Below are positions 1 through 11,883 of a stretch of 64,000 nt of DNA, one piece after another. The stretch's first letter is position 1. Each line of letters begins with the position of its first letter. The DNA is from Rhizodiscina lignyota. Lineage: Eukaryota. A program made the position numbers and the translations under genes. Under the pieces are notes generated by a model, which saw only the letters and a program-made list of their open reading frames with translations, was not told the origin of the DNA and did no database searches. The DNA lies in NCBI GenBank assembly GCA_010015805.1, contig ML978122.1:1770453-1834452 (forward strand), written 5' to 3'.

Positions 1-602
1 ACGGCAAGATCAAGGACTATTCTTCAAGATACGAAACCAGAAGGATGGAGATATTCGTTCAGAGTAAAATCAAGAGCTGTTGTCCCTGAAAACACGTACC
101 CACAAATTATGAACTCTGGTCTCAATAGCCATCCTCCCTTGCCTCTTGGAGTTGGGATTGCCAGGCAAGCCATATGGAATCGCCCATGAGACCGTGCTCG
201 TATCTGAGAATTGAAGCCGTAGATCATCTTTCCGATGTTAGTCAATCTCGAGTAGACCCGCTCATCTGTTCACTTACAATGTGTGCCGGCAATAGGATGA
301 TTATGCTGGTGTATCACGAAATGGTGGCCATGGGGATGCTGATTTCGCTGGTACAGCGCCACAAAATCGTCAATCGTCAACCTAATTTCTGAGTGCTCAA
401 TCGGACGTCCGGCTTTACGAAGATGCTCTGAAAAGTACGCCAAATGATCGCGGATTTTAGCTTGCCCTGCTTCCACCGCTGCGAGCGAAGGCTCCGCTTC
501 ATCTAACGTTTGTGGATCTTGCTCATTGTCGAGAGTGACCTGCTTCTTCGCTCCACGCGGTGGCGGCGACACTGTCCGGCGGAGGCTGGAGGGAATATCC
601 AT
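1..602 (-). CDS. LigD-type DNA 3'-phosphoesterase (LigD_N) domain protein, 3' end runs off window
   Basis: Exon 602-278 (…HFVIHQHNHPIAGTH), GTAAGT…AG intron 277-228, exon 227-100 reads YDLRLQFSDTSTVSWAIPYGLPGNPNSKRQGRMAIETRVHNLW. Reconstructed HYDLRLQ…SWAIPYG…RMAIETRVH matches the LigD phosphoesterase signature (HYDFRLE…SWAVPKG…RLAVxTEDH). Confidence 0.8.
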
Positions 603-1123
603 GATTGTATTCTTGGGCTGATAAATGAGTTGGAACCCGAAAGATTATTGATGCGTCAAATGATTATCAATTTTTAGTTGTGTAGGTTCGCCACTCGAAG
701 GCAGCAAAACAGCAACATTCCATTTTCGCTAAGTCGAAAACATTCTTGAAAATTCTATAGTTCACATTCTCAAGCATATAGTATACTCTCACTGGGAGCT
801 ACTCTCGCTGAAAGAGACTGGAACTTTTGCATCGATTATCTTCTAGACAGAATCTCTACACCCTTAATTGCATTAGAATTTAGCGCCACCTGTAACGAAA
901 GCAGAATCTCTACGACCCCGAGGTTCATACTGCTTGAGCCTCTGTTCGATGGTGCACGGGATCCGCTCGTATGCGTGGGTCAACGTATGGAATTCATATA
1001 CTCGGCTACCAAAGATTTACGGCCGCTGGCGCACTATGTACAAAGTTGAGTTCTCTCAGCCGGAAGCGGTCCTCCTGCTCCGTCGCTCTTTGCCATGAAA
1101 CAGCTGCAACATTGCACCAGTGC

Positions 1124-2923
1124 TTACAGGTTCGACTGCGCAACAGGAACGATGTGTCGCGCGCCACCACCGGCGTGTTTCTTCGCCAGCTGTTCCGCAA
1201 GGGCTGTTCCAGCAAGGCGCCCAAATGTCAGGGACCGCAGGACTGATGTTGCGGGTGGATATTCTGATGCAGTCACCCTGTTAGCTAATGGTATGGCAAG
1301 CAGCGGAGATCAGCCTTACCGTTGTAAAATACTCCTGTGAGCTCTCCTGCTGCGTAGAGACCCTAGAATTGCAAGTCAGCTTGGGATATCGCCTTCAAAG
1401 CTTTGGAATTCTCTTACCGGGATGGGCACATCGTTTGTCCCCAGAACCTGCGAATCCAAGTTTACCTTGATGCCACCATAGGTGAATGTCAAATGCGATG
1501 TCACGGGATATCCGTAGAAGGGTGCCTTGTCGATGGGGTTCGCCCAGTTTGTCTTGTCCGGGGTAAGGCCAGTCGTTGCTTTGCCATCAAGCTTCATCAA
1601 GTCGAAAGGCTTATCATTGCAGGCCTTGTTGAAGTCTGATACCGTCTTCTCGAGCTCGTCCGGCTTGAGGCCCAGTTTCTCCGCAAGCTCTTTGATTGTG
1701 TCTGCTTTTTCTGGCTCCTGGTCCGTTGTATCGTACACCCAGCCAGGCCGGAATCGATCCATGACGGTCTTGTCCGTGATGAAATATCCCTTTCTGAAAC
1801 ACTCGATGAGCATGCTTGCGGATATTTTGTACGTGCGGGACTACTCACGAGTTATGATCTCGCCAAAGTTCCAGTGCGGCAATCTCAAAAGTCGCGAAAA
1901 GTTCGCGCCTGCCTTCGTCAAAGAACCTCTTGGAGTGTTCGTCAACGAGAATGCCGTAATTGTGTCCCCAAATCACTGCATCAGGCTTGGTCGCACGCGT
2001 GTCGACGAGTTCACAGTGGATCCCGTCAAACGATCCTGAGGTGGCCGCGCCGACTTCGAGCGCCATCTGCAGTCCAGCACCTTTGTTATATTTCAGGCCA
2101 GGAGCAATGAGTGGCAGATCATGGGTACGGTTGCCCACATAGCGGGCCAGCATCTCTCGGTTGGCTTCAAAGCCTCCGCATGAAAGCATCACATTTGGCG
2201 CATGCCTGGTTTACTCCTCAGTAAATTGCCTGCTTCGTTCAAGAACAGATGCTTACAGCTCATAAAGAAGGCCGTCCGACTTGCGCACTTGTAGACCCCG
2301 CACCTTACCATTCTCAGTCATGAGAAGGTGGCGGCCCTCTGTCTCCCAATGAACATCGCAATTGGGGAACTTGTCGATGTGGCTCATTAAAGCGTTGATG
2401 ATAGCGTGCCCGCCGCCGTCTGGGAAGACGAAGTGCTGGTCTTATGTTAAATGTCAGTGCAGAACTTATACATTCGACATCAGAATAGCCCACCTGTGTT
2501 GAATTCCAGTAGCACCTGTGCCACAAGGTCAGCAATTTAAGATCCCACACATATTGCAAAGATGGAAGCTCTTACGTTCTTCTCGTCATGATGATTGAAC
2601 TTCACACCATGATCCTGAACAAACTCTGCTGTCTTCTGTGCCTCCTGCTCAAGCTTCTTGCAATAATCTTGGTCTGCGAGGCCCTTGCTCACCAGATCCA
2701 TCTCTTTCTTCCAATCCGAATCGAACCCCAAGTTCTTGTCCAGTCGGAGGTACGCCATTGTCCAGCGTGACGCGCCACAGCGCTCACCCTGCTTTCCCGC
2801 CTCGACCAATGCCACACGTCCTTTGACGCCTTCTTTCTTGCATGTCTCGAGGTAATTCAGTGTCGTCATACAACCAGCGAAGCCGGAGCCAAGGACGATC
2901 AGGTCGTACGAATAGTCCCCCAT
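1124..2923 (-). CDS. FAD-dependent oxidoreductase, fumarate reductase/TcuA(CobZ)-like flavoprotein (multi-exon)
   Basis: N-terminal YDLIVLGSGFAG dinucleotide-binding motif; LSCGGFEAN, TFTYGGIKVN, GLYAAGELTG and SVLRSLTFGRLAG motifs across spliced ORFs 2537-2923, 1845-2192, 1376-1813; final exon ends …VAQSNL-stop at 1124. Confidence 0.85.
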
Positions 2924-4931
2924 ATTGATCTGTGCTTAATTGGTAGTGAAATTACAGAAAGAAGCTTCAGCTGTGCACTTGAAAAATTGAGGTGACCTAC
3001 GAGAAAATATACTTCACCAATTGCCGACTTGCTTCAAGCCCAGAGCCACTTGCGGGACGGGCTCCATGTGGGTCATGCGGGGGCAGTGGGGTACAGTATG
3101 CACCGTTCCGAACGGAGTGAGCGTAGGTTGGCCTCTTACCTTGAATGTCCTCTAGGGTTTGTTTGAGACCAGGAAAAACTGCCTCAGTAACATAACGAGG
3201 CTGGAAGTGTGGCCATAAGTGCTGATTCTCGGCTTCTGGCGGGCGTACACAGTACACAGTACAATGTGGAATACAGAGTAGTACTAGTGGGTTGCTAGTA
3301 TGTATTCAAACCTTTTGCTCACATGTGAAAAATTCTCAGGCATGAAGCGAGCTGTCCCAAGCATGATTCAGGGACGTGGACGACCCTGTTCTGTACAGCG
3401 GATACAAAGCAACCGCTGCAACATCTGCACGGAAATAGCCAGGGGATAACCCGGAATAGGTAGTGGGTACAAGGAGTAAGTACTGTAGATCTCAGACGGT
3501 GAAGATAGACGGTGAAATTCACGGCGTTCATTCCTTCATAGGCATGCTCGAAGGTGACAAGATAGGCAGTGGGCGCCGGATGAGCTGTAACACTTAAGGG
3601 CAAGTGGTTTGTGCACTTCAAAGTAGGTGAGACTATCTCTGGAGGCTTAGTTCTACACTCTTGGGAGTGTACACAGCAACAGCATACCGTTGAAGACCAT
3701 TTCCATCTTGGTAGGAATAGAGACTATACTCTACAGCTGCTCAGTATCTTGAAGCTGTGTCTTGAAAGCTGTAGCCAATTTTCTGGTCAATCCCGAGGGA
3801 TCGAAGTCCATACCGTTTGACCGTTGACCGTTTGACGGACGCCTTTCCCCCGGTCGAAAGGTGACCAGGTCTCGGCCCTTGGGTCGACGCGGGGTAGGTG
3901 CACAGCTTGTACAACTGGGGGTTAAAAGTCTAATCTCTGAAGAGCCAAGCGTTCATTGCAGGGATTTACGGATGCAACCGTTCATAGGCGAATTGTTAGT
4001 AGGCGACTTCAAATGGCAGGTTGTGAGGGCTCAGAGAGCGAGCGAGTTCGAGGTTGATCACCGCTATTTCAATAACGGCTTAGCACCGGTAGATCCTCGG
4101 CGTCGTCACATCTTCCTCGTCAAGTCCGCCTCCAAATGTAGGATAGAGACATCCATCTTCGATATGCGCTGCCGGCGTCAATTACTGTTTACATGCGACG
4201 TGAACGCCTATCGGACAGTAAACAAATTTGGACCTCTTCATGCCGAATACGCGGCAGTCGTTATAATGTCAAGTCAGCTCATTTTTCTTTCGAGACCTAG
4301 AAGCACTTTCATTATATGCTTTGGATAAGTTCAAAGACGCATTTCTTCTGCTTGAGCTGTGGTGAATCTACCCGTTAGACTTGAAGAGTAGCCACCTCAA
4401 AGACCCTCAAATGCCACTCAAAGATTGAGAGACTTTTCACTTGTCTGGTGTCAAGTACCTTATTACTACTCTGCTACTGCCAAATTCGCGGGGCTTTCCG
4501 TCGCGTGGCGTAACTTCAACATCGGACCTCGGGGTCTTCTTGTCACATCTTCTCCAAGGCCAGACTTTGGGCGCATTTCATCCTCTCCGCCAGTAAATGT
4601 CCGCATGACTCCACATGGTCCATTCGAATTGGCAGGTCAACTGGATCAACTGTCACGCTGCCACCGCCGATCTCCAGCCAAAGGACCCTGAGACTGCAGG
4701 TCAGCCTGGATTCGCCTCAAACAACTTGCCCTGCATATTTGGAGAGCGAGCCACTATCGCCGCTACTCTTTATCGCAATTGCCATCCTCTGGCCGGAACG
4801 TTGCCGCTCTTTATGGATGCTTAAATGAGAAGTGGTTTTCTCATCTCATTTATTTCAGTTTCGCTTCATCTCATCCTCGTATTCGCCGTTAATCGTGGAT
4901 TATTTCACAAACGTCTAAAGTTTACCCCACC

Positions 4932-5954
4932 ATGTCTTCCTCCACGAGCACTCCTTCCCCGATTGCTTCCAACGACTCCACACTTCTGTCTCTTCCTCGC
5001 GAGCTACGAGACTTAATATACCATCACCTCCTCCACTCGACCTCCAAACCTCCGGTTTCTGAGCCACCTCCGCTAGAATCATTCCGCCGATTCCAGTCTA
5101 CGACCTCGTGGTGGGGCATTCATCGCTTTGCGCCGCTCGAATCCTTCCCTCATACTCACGGCCTACTCCTCACTTGCAAGCTTCTCCGAGCAGAGACTGT
5201 CGATGCAATCGCGTTGGCAACAAGCACAAAATGCTGCGTTGATCCGGGGTGGCATTGGCATGGATATTCTCCTAGTGTCAAGGACCCCGTGTACTATGGT
5301 CCTGATGGGCGTCGAAAGGAACAAAAGGAACGCTACTTCGGCGTTGCGCACGATACCCACAGGCATGATGGCAATGATCGTGCCAACGCTCTGGAGTTTG
5401 AAATGGATGTCATAATGCACAATGAACGACGACTGCTCCCTATGTGGACGAGACTGCCCTGCATACCTCCGCACGCTCACTTTCCCCTCCTCCGGGTCAA
5501 CTTCCGGATCTTCGGCGACAGAGGCGGAAAGGAGTCAGCATGGAAATCCAGCAATGGGTATGGTGGCTCCTTGGGTGACATGTACTTCGCACTGCTCGAC
5601 TTGTTCTTGACATTTCTCGAGCGCGGTCCGGACTATCTCTCGCCTCCAAAAGGCTTCCCATACCAGAAGCCCATTACCATTGGGAATCTGGAGCTCAATG
5701 TTCTCAAACCGGAGGTGGAGAGACGACCTGTTGGTGGTTACATCTACGACGACGGCGATACCAGATATGGAATGATTGCCCCAGAGTTTGTCGCGGAAGG
5801 CGTGGAGCTAGGAGTTCATGTCGTACTTGGTACCACCGAGTATGCAGAAGCTGTTGTGCCGAGAGTGGGTAGGGTGAGATTATGCTTAGACGGCAAAGAG
5901 AGGTATGTGTGGGATGTAGAGGAGATGAGAAGGCGAAGAGCAGAAGATGCATGA
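4932..5954 (+). CDS. Hypothetical protein with N-terminal F-box-like motif
   Basis: 340-aa intronless ORF; LLSLPRELRDLIYHHLL is the common fungal F-box-like (LPxELRxxIY) signature. Confidence 0.7.
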   Translation: MSSSTSTPSPIASNDSTLLSLPRELRDLIYHHLLHSTSKPPVSEPPPLESFRRFQSTTSWWGIHRFAPLESFPHTHGLLLTCKLLRAETVDAIALATSTKCCVDPGWHWHGYSPSVKDPVYYGPDGRRKEQKERYFGVAHDTHRHDGNDRANALEFEMDVIMHNERRLLPMWTRLPCIPPHAHFPLLRVNFRIFGDRGGKESAWKSSNGYGGSLGDMYFALLDLFLTFLERGPDYLSPPKGFPYQKPITIGNLELNVLKPEVERRPVGGYIYDDGDTRYGMIAPEFVAEGVELGVHVVLGTTEYAEAVVPRVGRVRLCLDGKERYVWDVEEMRRRRAEDA

Positions 5955-6286
5955 CTATCCAGGGGCAGGGGTAGAGGAGGACTTGGAAGGATGGGAATGA
6001 GTGTGAGGAGGGTCAGTGGGAGCTATGTAGAATATGTGGCTTGGAGATCTAGAGCACGGGAGAGGGACTAAAGCATGTACGAGGGTGTAAGGTCTGTGGT
6101 CTATTCGAGACTAGAATATTACTATCATTGTTGTGAGACGAGAATCGTGATTCTATTGTACAAATGTCCATACTTGCATCGAGATGCAAAGATTTCCAGG
6201 TATCGTCCGAAGTGCGGAAAATATCGCAAAATGTACAATGAAGAGGGGAAGAAGGGTCGAGAAGTCGGCGAGTAAAGGTAACGAAT

Positions 6287-6916
6287 CTATAGAGCGGCGT
6301 TCGCTTGCTGCGGCTGCTGTTGCGACGTGGCGCCCGGTTGTGTCAAAATCTAATTCAATCGTAAGCGTTTATTTGATTCTTAAGGCTTGAAGTGTCTCCA
6401 AGGATATCATTTCCTTTATAGCACCACTTAGAAAAGGAAATATCAGATGGACTTACATCCTGCGCTCCTTGCTGCATCTTCATCTCCCGTTCCATCTCAA
6501 TCATCTGCTGCTCCTCGGCATATGCGAGCGCCCAGGGCACACCCAACAGCAAAGCTGATGTCGACACTACCCACAGCGCCTTGCCACTCCATGTTAGTCC
6601 ACCCCGCGCCCAGCTGTATGTCGTGTTGACTGTGGAAACCAATCGTCGGCGCTGTGAAGGTGGAAGCATGTCTTTGAGGGCAACAATCCGGTCATAGAGG
6701 CTCTCATCGGCAAGGGTAGAGGACGCGGTAGAGTCGGCATCAGAAACGTCTAAAGCACTGTTAGCAGGGTATGTAGAAAGGCTACGAGATCAAGGAGAGA
6801 TATTAAGGAGAGGGAAAGTCCATACCGGAGTCGGTATCCCAGTCTTCGTCGCCGTCTGTTGGTCCTTCTTGAGCGCGGTTCAGCTCCTCATCCGGAACTT
6901 CTTCGAGCTTGACCAT
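6287..6916 (-). CDS. TOM22: Mitochondrial import receptor subunit Tom22
   Basis: MVKLEEVPDE acidic N-terminus; ESLYDRIVALKDMLPP; TM segment GKALWVVSTSALLLGVPWALA followed by EEQQMIEME; 3 exons with GT-AG introns. Confidence 0.95.
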
Positions 6917-7090
6917 CTTGACAGAGTGCGATTATGAGGTTGTATTGAGAGGTTGAGAGTCTGAGAGCGATGTCAAGGAAGTGCACGTGTATAGCTTTCG
7001 AGGCCGATGAAATCTTGCAGACTGAAAACGGCGAAACTTCGGTCCCGGTCCGGCACCCGCGTCATCCCCGCGCGGAACTTACTGACAACA

Positions 7091-7096
7091 ACGCGT
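7091..7096. promoter_or_regulatory. MCB element (ACGCGT) in the ~225-bp TOM22/kinetochore-gene divergent intergenic
   Basis: Exact ACGCGT plus nearby CGCG cores about 50 bp upstream of the ATG at 7142; function inferred only. Confidence 0.4.
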
Positions 7097-7141
7097 CCTC
7101 CAGCACATGCACGTGTCTTTTGCACTCCTCAAACTCGAATC

Positions 7142-9454
7142 ATGGTGCCGAACGGTAACTATGGACCTGGGAGATTGATATACATTCTCTGACTATTTTG
7201 CAGACAAGCAGGAGCGCCGGCGCATGCGCGAACGCGGCGCAGGGTATGCGCGGTTACGCCGTCTTTAATGGAATTCAAGCTAACAACCCCCAGAATTACT
7301 CGTGAATTAAAGAATACGAGTTTCGCCTTCACCTTTGGTGCGCCTCAATTACAGCCCCAACGCTCGTCACGAAGGACGCCTCAGCCTCTACCTCAACAGC
7401 CATCATCAAGGAAGACACCGAAGACTGCGACAAGACGACAATCTGCCCGGAAAACACCAGGCCAGAAGAGCATTTCTCGGGAGGGTACTGCAGAGCTCCG
7501 CACTAGGAAGCGGATAACAGCGAATAGAGCATCAGTAGTGCCCTCAACCGGTGAAAGAGAGGCCAGGGCCTCATCGAAACGACTGAGCAGGACGCTCGCT
7601 GAACGAACTGAATCTCCGAATATCACCCCATCTGTTACCGGAAAGAGGAAAAGAAGCACACCAATAGTCCAGCCACCACAAGAGACGGATCAAGATGAGT
7701 TGGAACAAGAAGATGAGATGGAGGCCATTTTCGGCCGCCGGAGCTGGGGAGAACAAATTCCTGCTGAACGCAGACGGAGTTCCTTGCATAGTATTCATGA
7801 AGATGATGCTGTGGAAGATGAGCTTGAAGCCGATGATCGAGAGCATCACGTCATGACGGAGACAAAGAGGAGGATTAGTGCAAATCGACTGGCGGAGATT
7901 GCTCCTCAGTCGCCGAATAAACAGCAGCAAAACTCCGTGGGCAAAGGGAAAGCGAATGCGCTAGAAATTGTGAAGACACCTTTTACAACGAGGAGATCGT
8001 CGTCGAATGGCAAAGATGCAGTCTCAGAAAATGCCGAGAACGCAGAGCCAGGCCAGGAGAACGACCCAGAAACTCATAGCACTTTCATCAAACGAATGTA
8101 CAAACCACGGCAGCCCTTGGTGGATATCGACGAACAGGCTCAGCGTGAGACAAGCCCATCGAACGCTATCTCTAGAAGAGAATCAGGAAAAGCTCCAGTC
8201 GCGCATATGTACGGACCACCGCAGACTCTTTGGCCTGCGTCTGTCGTCAGTCCAATCAGCGAAGCGGGTGTAGATGAGCTTGATTCATTTGGCAAAGAGC
8301 ATGACATTACGTCTACGTACAATGATATTTCTACACAACTTCAGCCAACTGGAATTGAAGTCGCGCAGGACGGACCTAGCACAACGCTGGATCCTCGGAC
8401 GTTGTCAGCTACAAGACTTGGCCTCCCTCGCGGCACGCCCTTCATCGAGACATCAAAGGAGCCAAGTACCTTGCTTGATAGGGAGGAAGATGCTTCTCCA
8501 GTGAGAGGTCGCAAACGAAGGAGAACGCACAGTTCAGGTCGCGACACAAGCACATCGCGAGTATCGTCTAACAAACTGGATGGATCTTCTAAATCGGTTG
8601 AAAACACGAGGCTGGGCCCGGAGGTCGAACGAGAAGGAGACGAGAGCCAAACCATGGAGCAGCAAACGGCACGACCCAGGCAAAACGTTACGGCGTCCAC
8701 CGTCCCTATTACCGTCTATCGTCTTTCTCGTCCGGTAACACTGGATAATGATTCGGACGATGATCCTCTCAATGACGGTCCATCCACCGCACTCTCGACT
8801 CGTGGTCTCCCCGCTGTCAACGCGGTGGATGTTCTCTCACAGATCACGTCAGAGCTCGTCGAACATATGGCCGAGACTGCACACCGTCTACCTGCCGTAT
8901 CTTTCTCTACTTCTGGGGGCCATGGCCGTACAGGTGTGCCCGACCAACCTCGTCCATCCTCTGCGGATTTAAAGAGGAGACGCGGAATACTCCATCATTT
9001 TCAACAATCACTGTCCGATGCGTTGTTTGACATTACAGCAGCGGTGGATGCTGGCATGGTGCTGAAGTCGAGGTTGAAAGGGTTAACTAAGGAGAAGGTG
9101 CAGCTGCGAGATGAGTTACTAGAAGTCAAGAGGCAGAGGGAAGAGGTGGCGTTAAGTATTGACCGAGTGAGAAGAGAGCATGGTATCTGGAGGAAGACCA
9201 TTGCTGGAAGGGATGAACTGAGTGCCGACTTATGGGATTTGGAGATGGCCGTAAAGAGGGGCAAGGAAGAGTGTGCTAAGAGAAGGGAAAGGGGTGAGGA
9301 AGTTGAGGGTGTGAGAATGGGTATAGAGATGCTAGCAGGAACTGTGGCGACCGAAATCACGAGTCAAGCTGGCGGAGGGCTCTGTACAAGGGTGGAAAGA
9401 TTCAATGACATTTTGGAGAAAGCGGCAGAGACTCTCGAAGGACGGACGGCCTAA
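7142..9454 (+). CDS. Inner kinetochore AME1/CENP-U-like protein (long disordered N-terminus, C-terminal coiled coil)
   Basis: Two short 5' exons give MVPNDKQERRRMRERGAG; long ORF 7268-9454 contains VPITVYRLS, VNAVDVLSQI and coiled coil LTKEKVQLRDELLEVKRQREEVALSIDRVR, as recalled for Pezizomycotina AME1-domain proteins. Confidence 0.65.
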
Positions 9455-9571
9455 GCTGCGAGTTGAAATTGCTCTCAAATATACCCCTTTGGATGAAGCG
9501 CTGCAACGGACCATTCCTACCACTCGTCGCTGACGCCATGATGGACTGGGAGCTTCGAGGGATTAGTCCTT

Positions 9572-11566
9572 TTATATTTTTGCCCGGACATCCTCTGTCC
9601 GATATCCTGTAGCCGCTCCAGCAGGCAGATCACAATTCCACACTATCCTACAATCCCAATCCGTACGGTTCGTCTGCTTGGAAGCATTGACGCTACGGCT
9701 GCTATACGCGATACTGGTAATGACGAACTCGCCAAGTCCAACTTCATCATCCATTATCCATCTTCGTGCGACTTCTTCAGCTGTCGCGTCGGAGTCCCGT
9801 CCTGCATCAATGGCGAGCAATATGCCACTTATAATCCATGCTAATGTATACATCAGCTGTCGACTATCAGCCAATACTGTAGAGAGATCGTTTTCCCCTT
9901 TGTCCAGCCTCTGGCGCAGATTGGACCATGCGTCGCTCAGGCATGTTCTTAGCTGATTATCGGATACTGACGCGATAGATCTTTGCAACCAAGTGTCGAC
10001 TATACGCAGATTCTTCGCTCCCCCTCTTAGCAGATGGCGCACTACCTCGCTTGCCAGAACATTAACGGTTCCCTCCCAAGTCACATTGGCAGCGGTATCT
10101 CGCATGAGGCGGCATATGTTGTACTCCGGCTCATCTGGTTCATCCAAGTATCCGACACCACCCAAGGCCTCCTGGCAGTCCTGCAAGGCAACTGTAGATG
10201 TCTTGCAGATCACGGCCTTTGACATTGCCGTCAACAGACGAAGCACAACCTGAGCTTGTTCGCCTTGGTCCGGCAATGGAGCATATGTGCCTCTGCCTTC
10301 TGTTGGAAATCCATTGTCCACAAAACTAAGCAGAGCCGTTGTGAAGAACGCGAGCTGTAAAAGACCGCGGAACTTGACTTCCATATTCGCGAAGAATCTC
10401 AGATGCATCGGGATGGCCCATAAAGGCTGATTCATTGTCGTTCTGGCTTTCGCGAACGACTTTGCGATTGCAATGCCACGCCGCCAGCAAGATAGGGCCG
10501 TGATGAAATTGTGCGTCCGAGTTACGTTCAAAAGCAGCGCGATGGTCGCAATTCCTCGATCAATAGGTCCAATACGCCAGGCTCGGACATCCTTGAGCTC
10601 CAACTCTGCGGTTGGGAGTTCTTTCGTGCCGTACTTGTTCTTCAACCGTAGAAAGCGGATACCATTTGTTCGATCTCCGATTCGCACTGGCGCAACAAAC
10701 AGGCTTAGCTCGCCAGATTCCGTCTTCGCCAACATTAGGCACATGTTGCAATCTGTTGCAGATGCAAAGAACTTGAAGCCTGATACGAGATAGTCTCCCT
10801 CTTCAATAGTACCGAATTGTCCCGTCTTTTGCTTCAGTGGAGAATAGACAGCTACGGTCTCGGAATTGCGGACGTCACTTCCTCCAGGACGTTCTGTCAT
10901 CCACTGGCTCGAAATCCAGTTGTTCTCACGCGACGTCAGCCGTCTGTAGAATTCATGAAATGGGTGAGCTGAGGGCAGCCCCGGAAGATGCTTTCCAACA
11001 AGCCGCGCTGCACCACTGGTCATTGATACCGGACAGGAGTATGCCGCTGACGATGCCGAGTAGATGAAGTTACTGCCCAGGACAATCAGCTCCCAACTGC
11101 GGTTCTCTAAAGCTCCAGACTCACAAGGCATGCTGCACGATGCGACGGTGTTTGCCAAATTCTTCCTCGTAGCCCAAGGCGATCACACTGTACAGACTCA
11201 GAATCAGCTCCATCAAGTCGATCTACTGCTCGTTGCCCTAGTCTTCACCTACCCGTTCTTAGATCCCCATCTGCCCAGCTGTTTCCACCCATTACTTGTT
11301 ACGAGTCGATCGTACGGATACTTCTGGCCCCAGACGTTGCGAGTCTTGACGTATGGTTCGTCTCGCTCGGCATTTCCGATCCATTCATGGACCTGCTCAG
11401 ATACAGCTTCATCACCAAATTTCGTAAGACGAGGCTGTATCGTGCTGAGAGTCTCCTGTGGCAGATACCACTCTAATATGCGCTGATATGCAGGGTCCGA
11501 AAGATATGGATTTTCCAGGGGTTGCATTGAAAGCATGAAGCCAGTGTCTGCCGAGGAGGGCTCCAT
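9572..11566 (-). CDS. Acyl-CoA dehydrogenase, AidB-like subfamily; C-terminal AKI
   Basis: QWMTERPGGSDV, GFKFFASA, RLKNKYGTKELPTAELEL, EALGGVGY, TWEGTVNVLA motifs; exon 1 11566-~11251 spliced to ORF 9572-11158. Confidence 0.93.
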
Positions 11567-11883
11567 CGTGTATCGCTGGTGCTACCACCAGATATTTCTT
11601 TCAAAACAGATAATTGGGAGGACTCTGACGAAGTTCCTAATGCACTAGGAAAGACGAAAGTATTCTGTTAACTCTTGTATATAAGACCTATTTTTTCCTT
11701 TATCTCTCCTCAGCACTTCTCCGCTTCTGATGTACTTAACTGGTAAGACCGAGCGAGCCGAGGCATGCCGTGGTCCACGGCTGGACCAATAAATCGGATT
11801 CAAAAATAGGAATTCAGGTGCACAGTACATATCTATCTCCGTTTCTCCTTTGTCTCACTACTACAATTTATTCATTTCCAAGG

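Noticed and set aside
3300..4830. ORFs of 69-155 aa in the long intergenic region
   Set aside because: Mostly non-ATG starts, no recognisable motifs or splice pattern.
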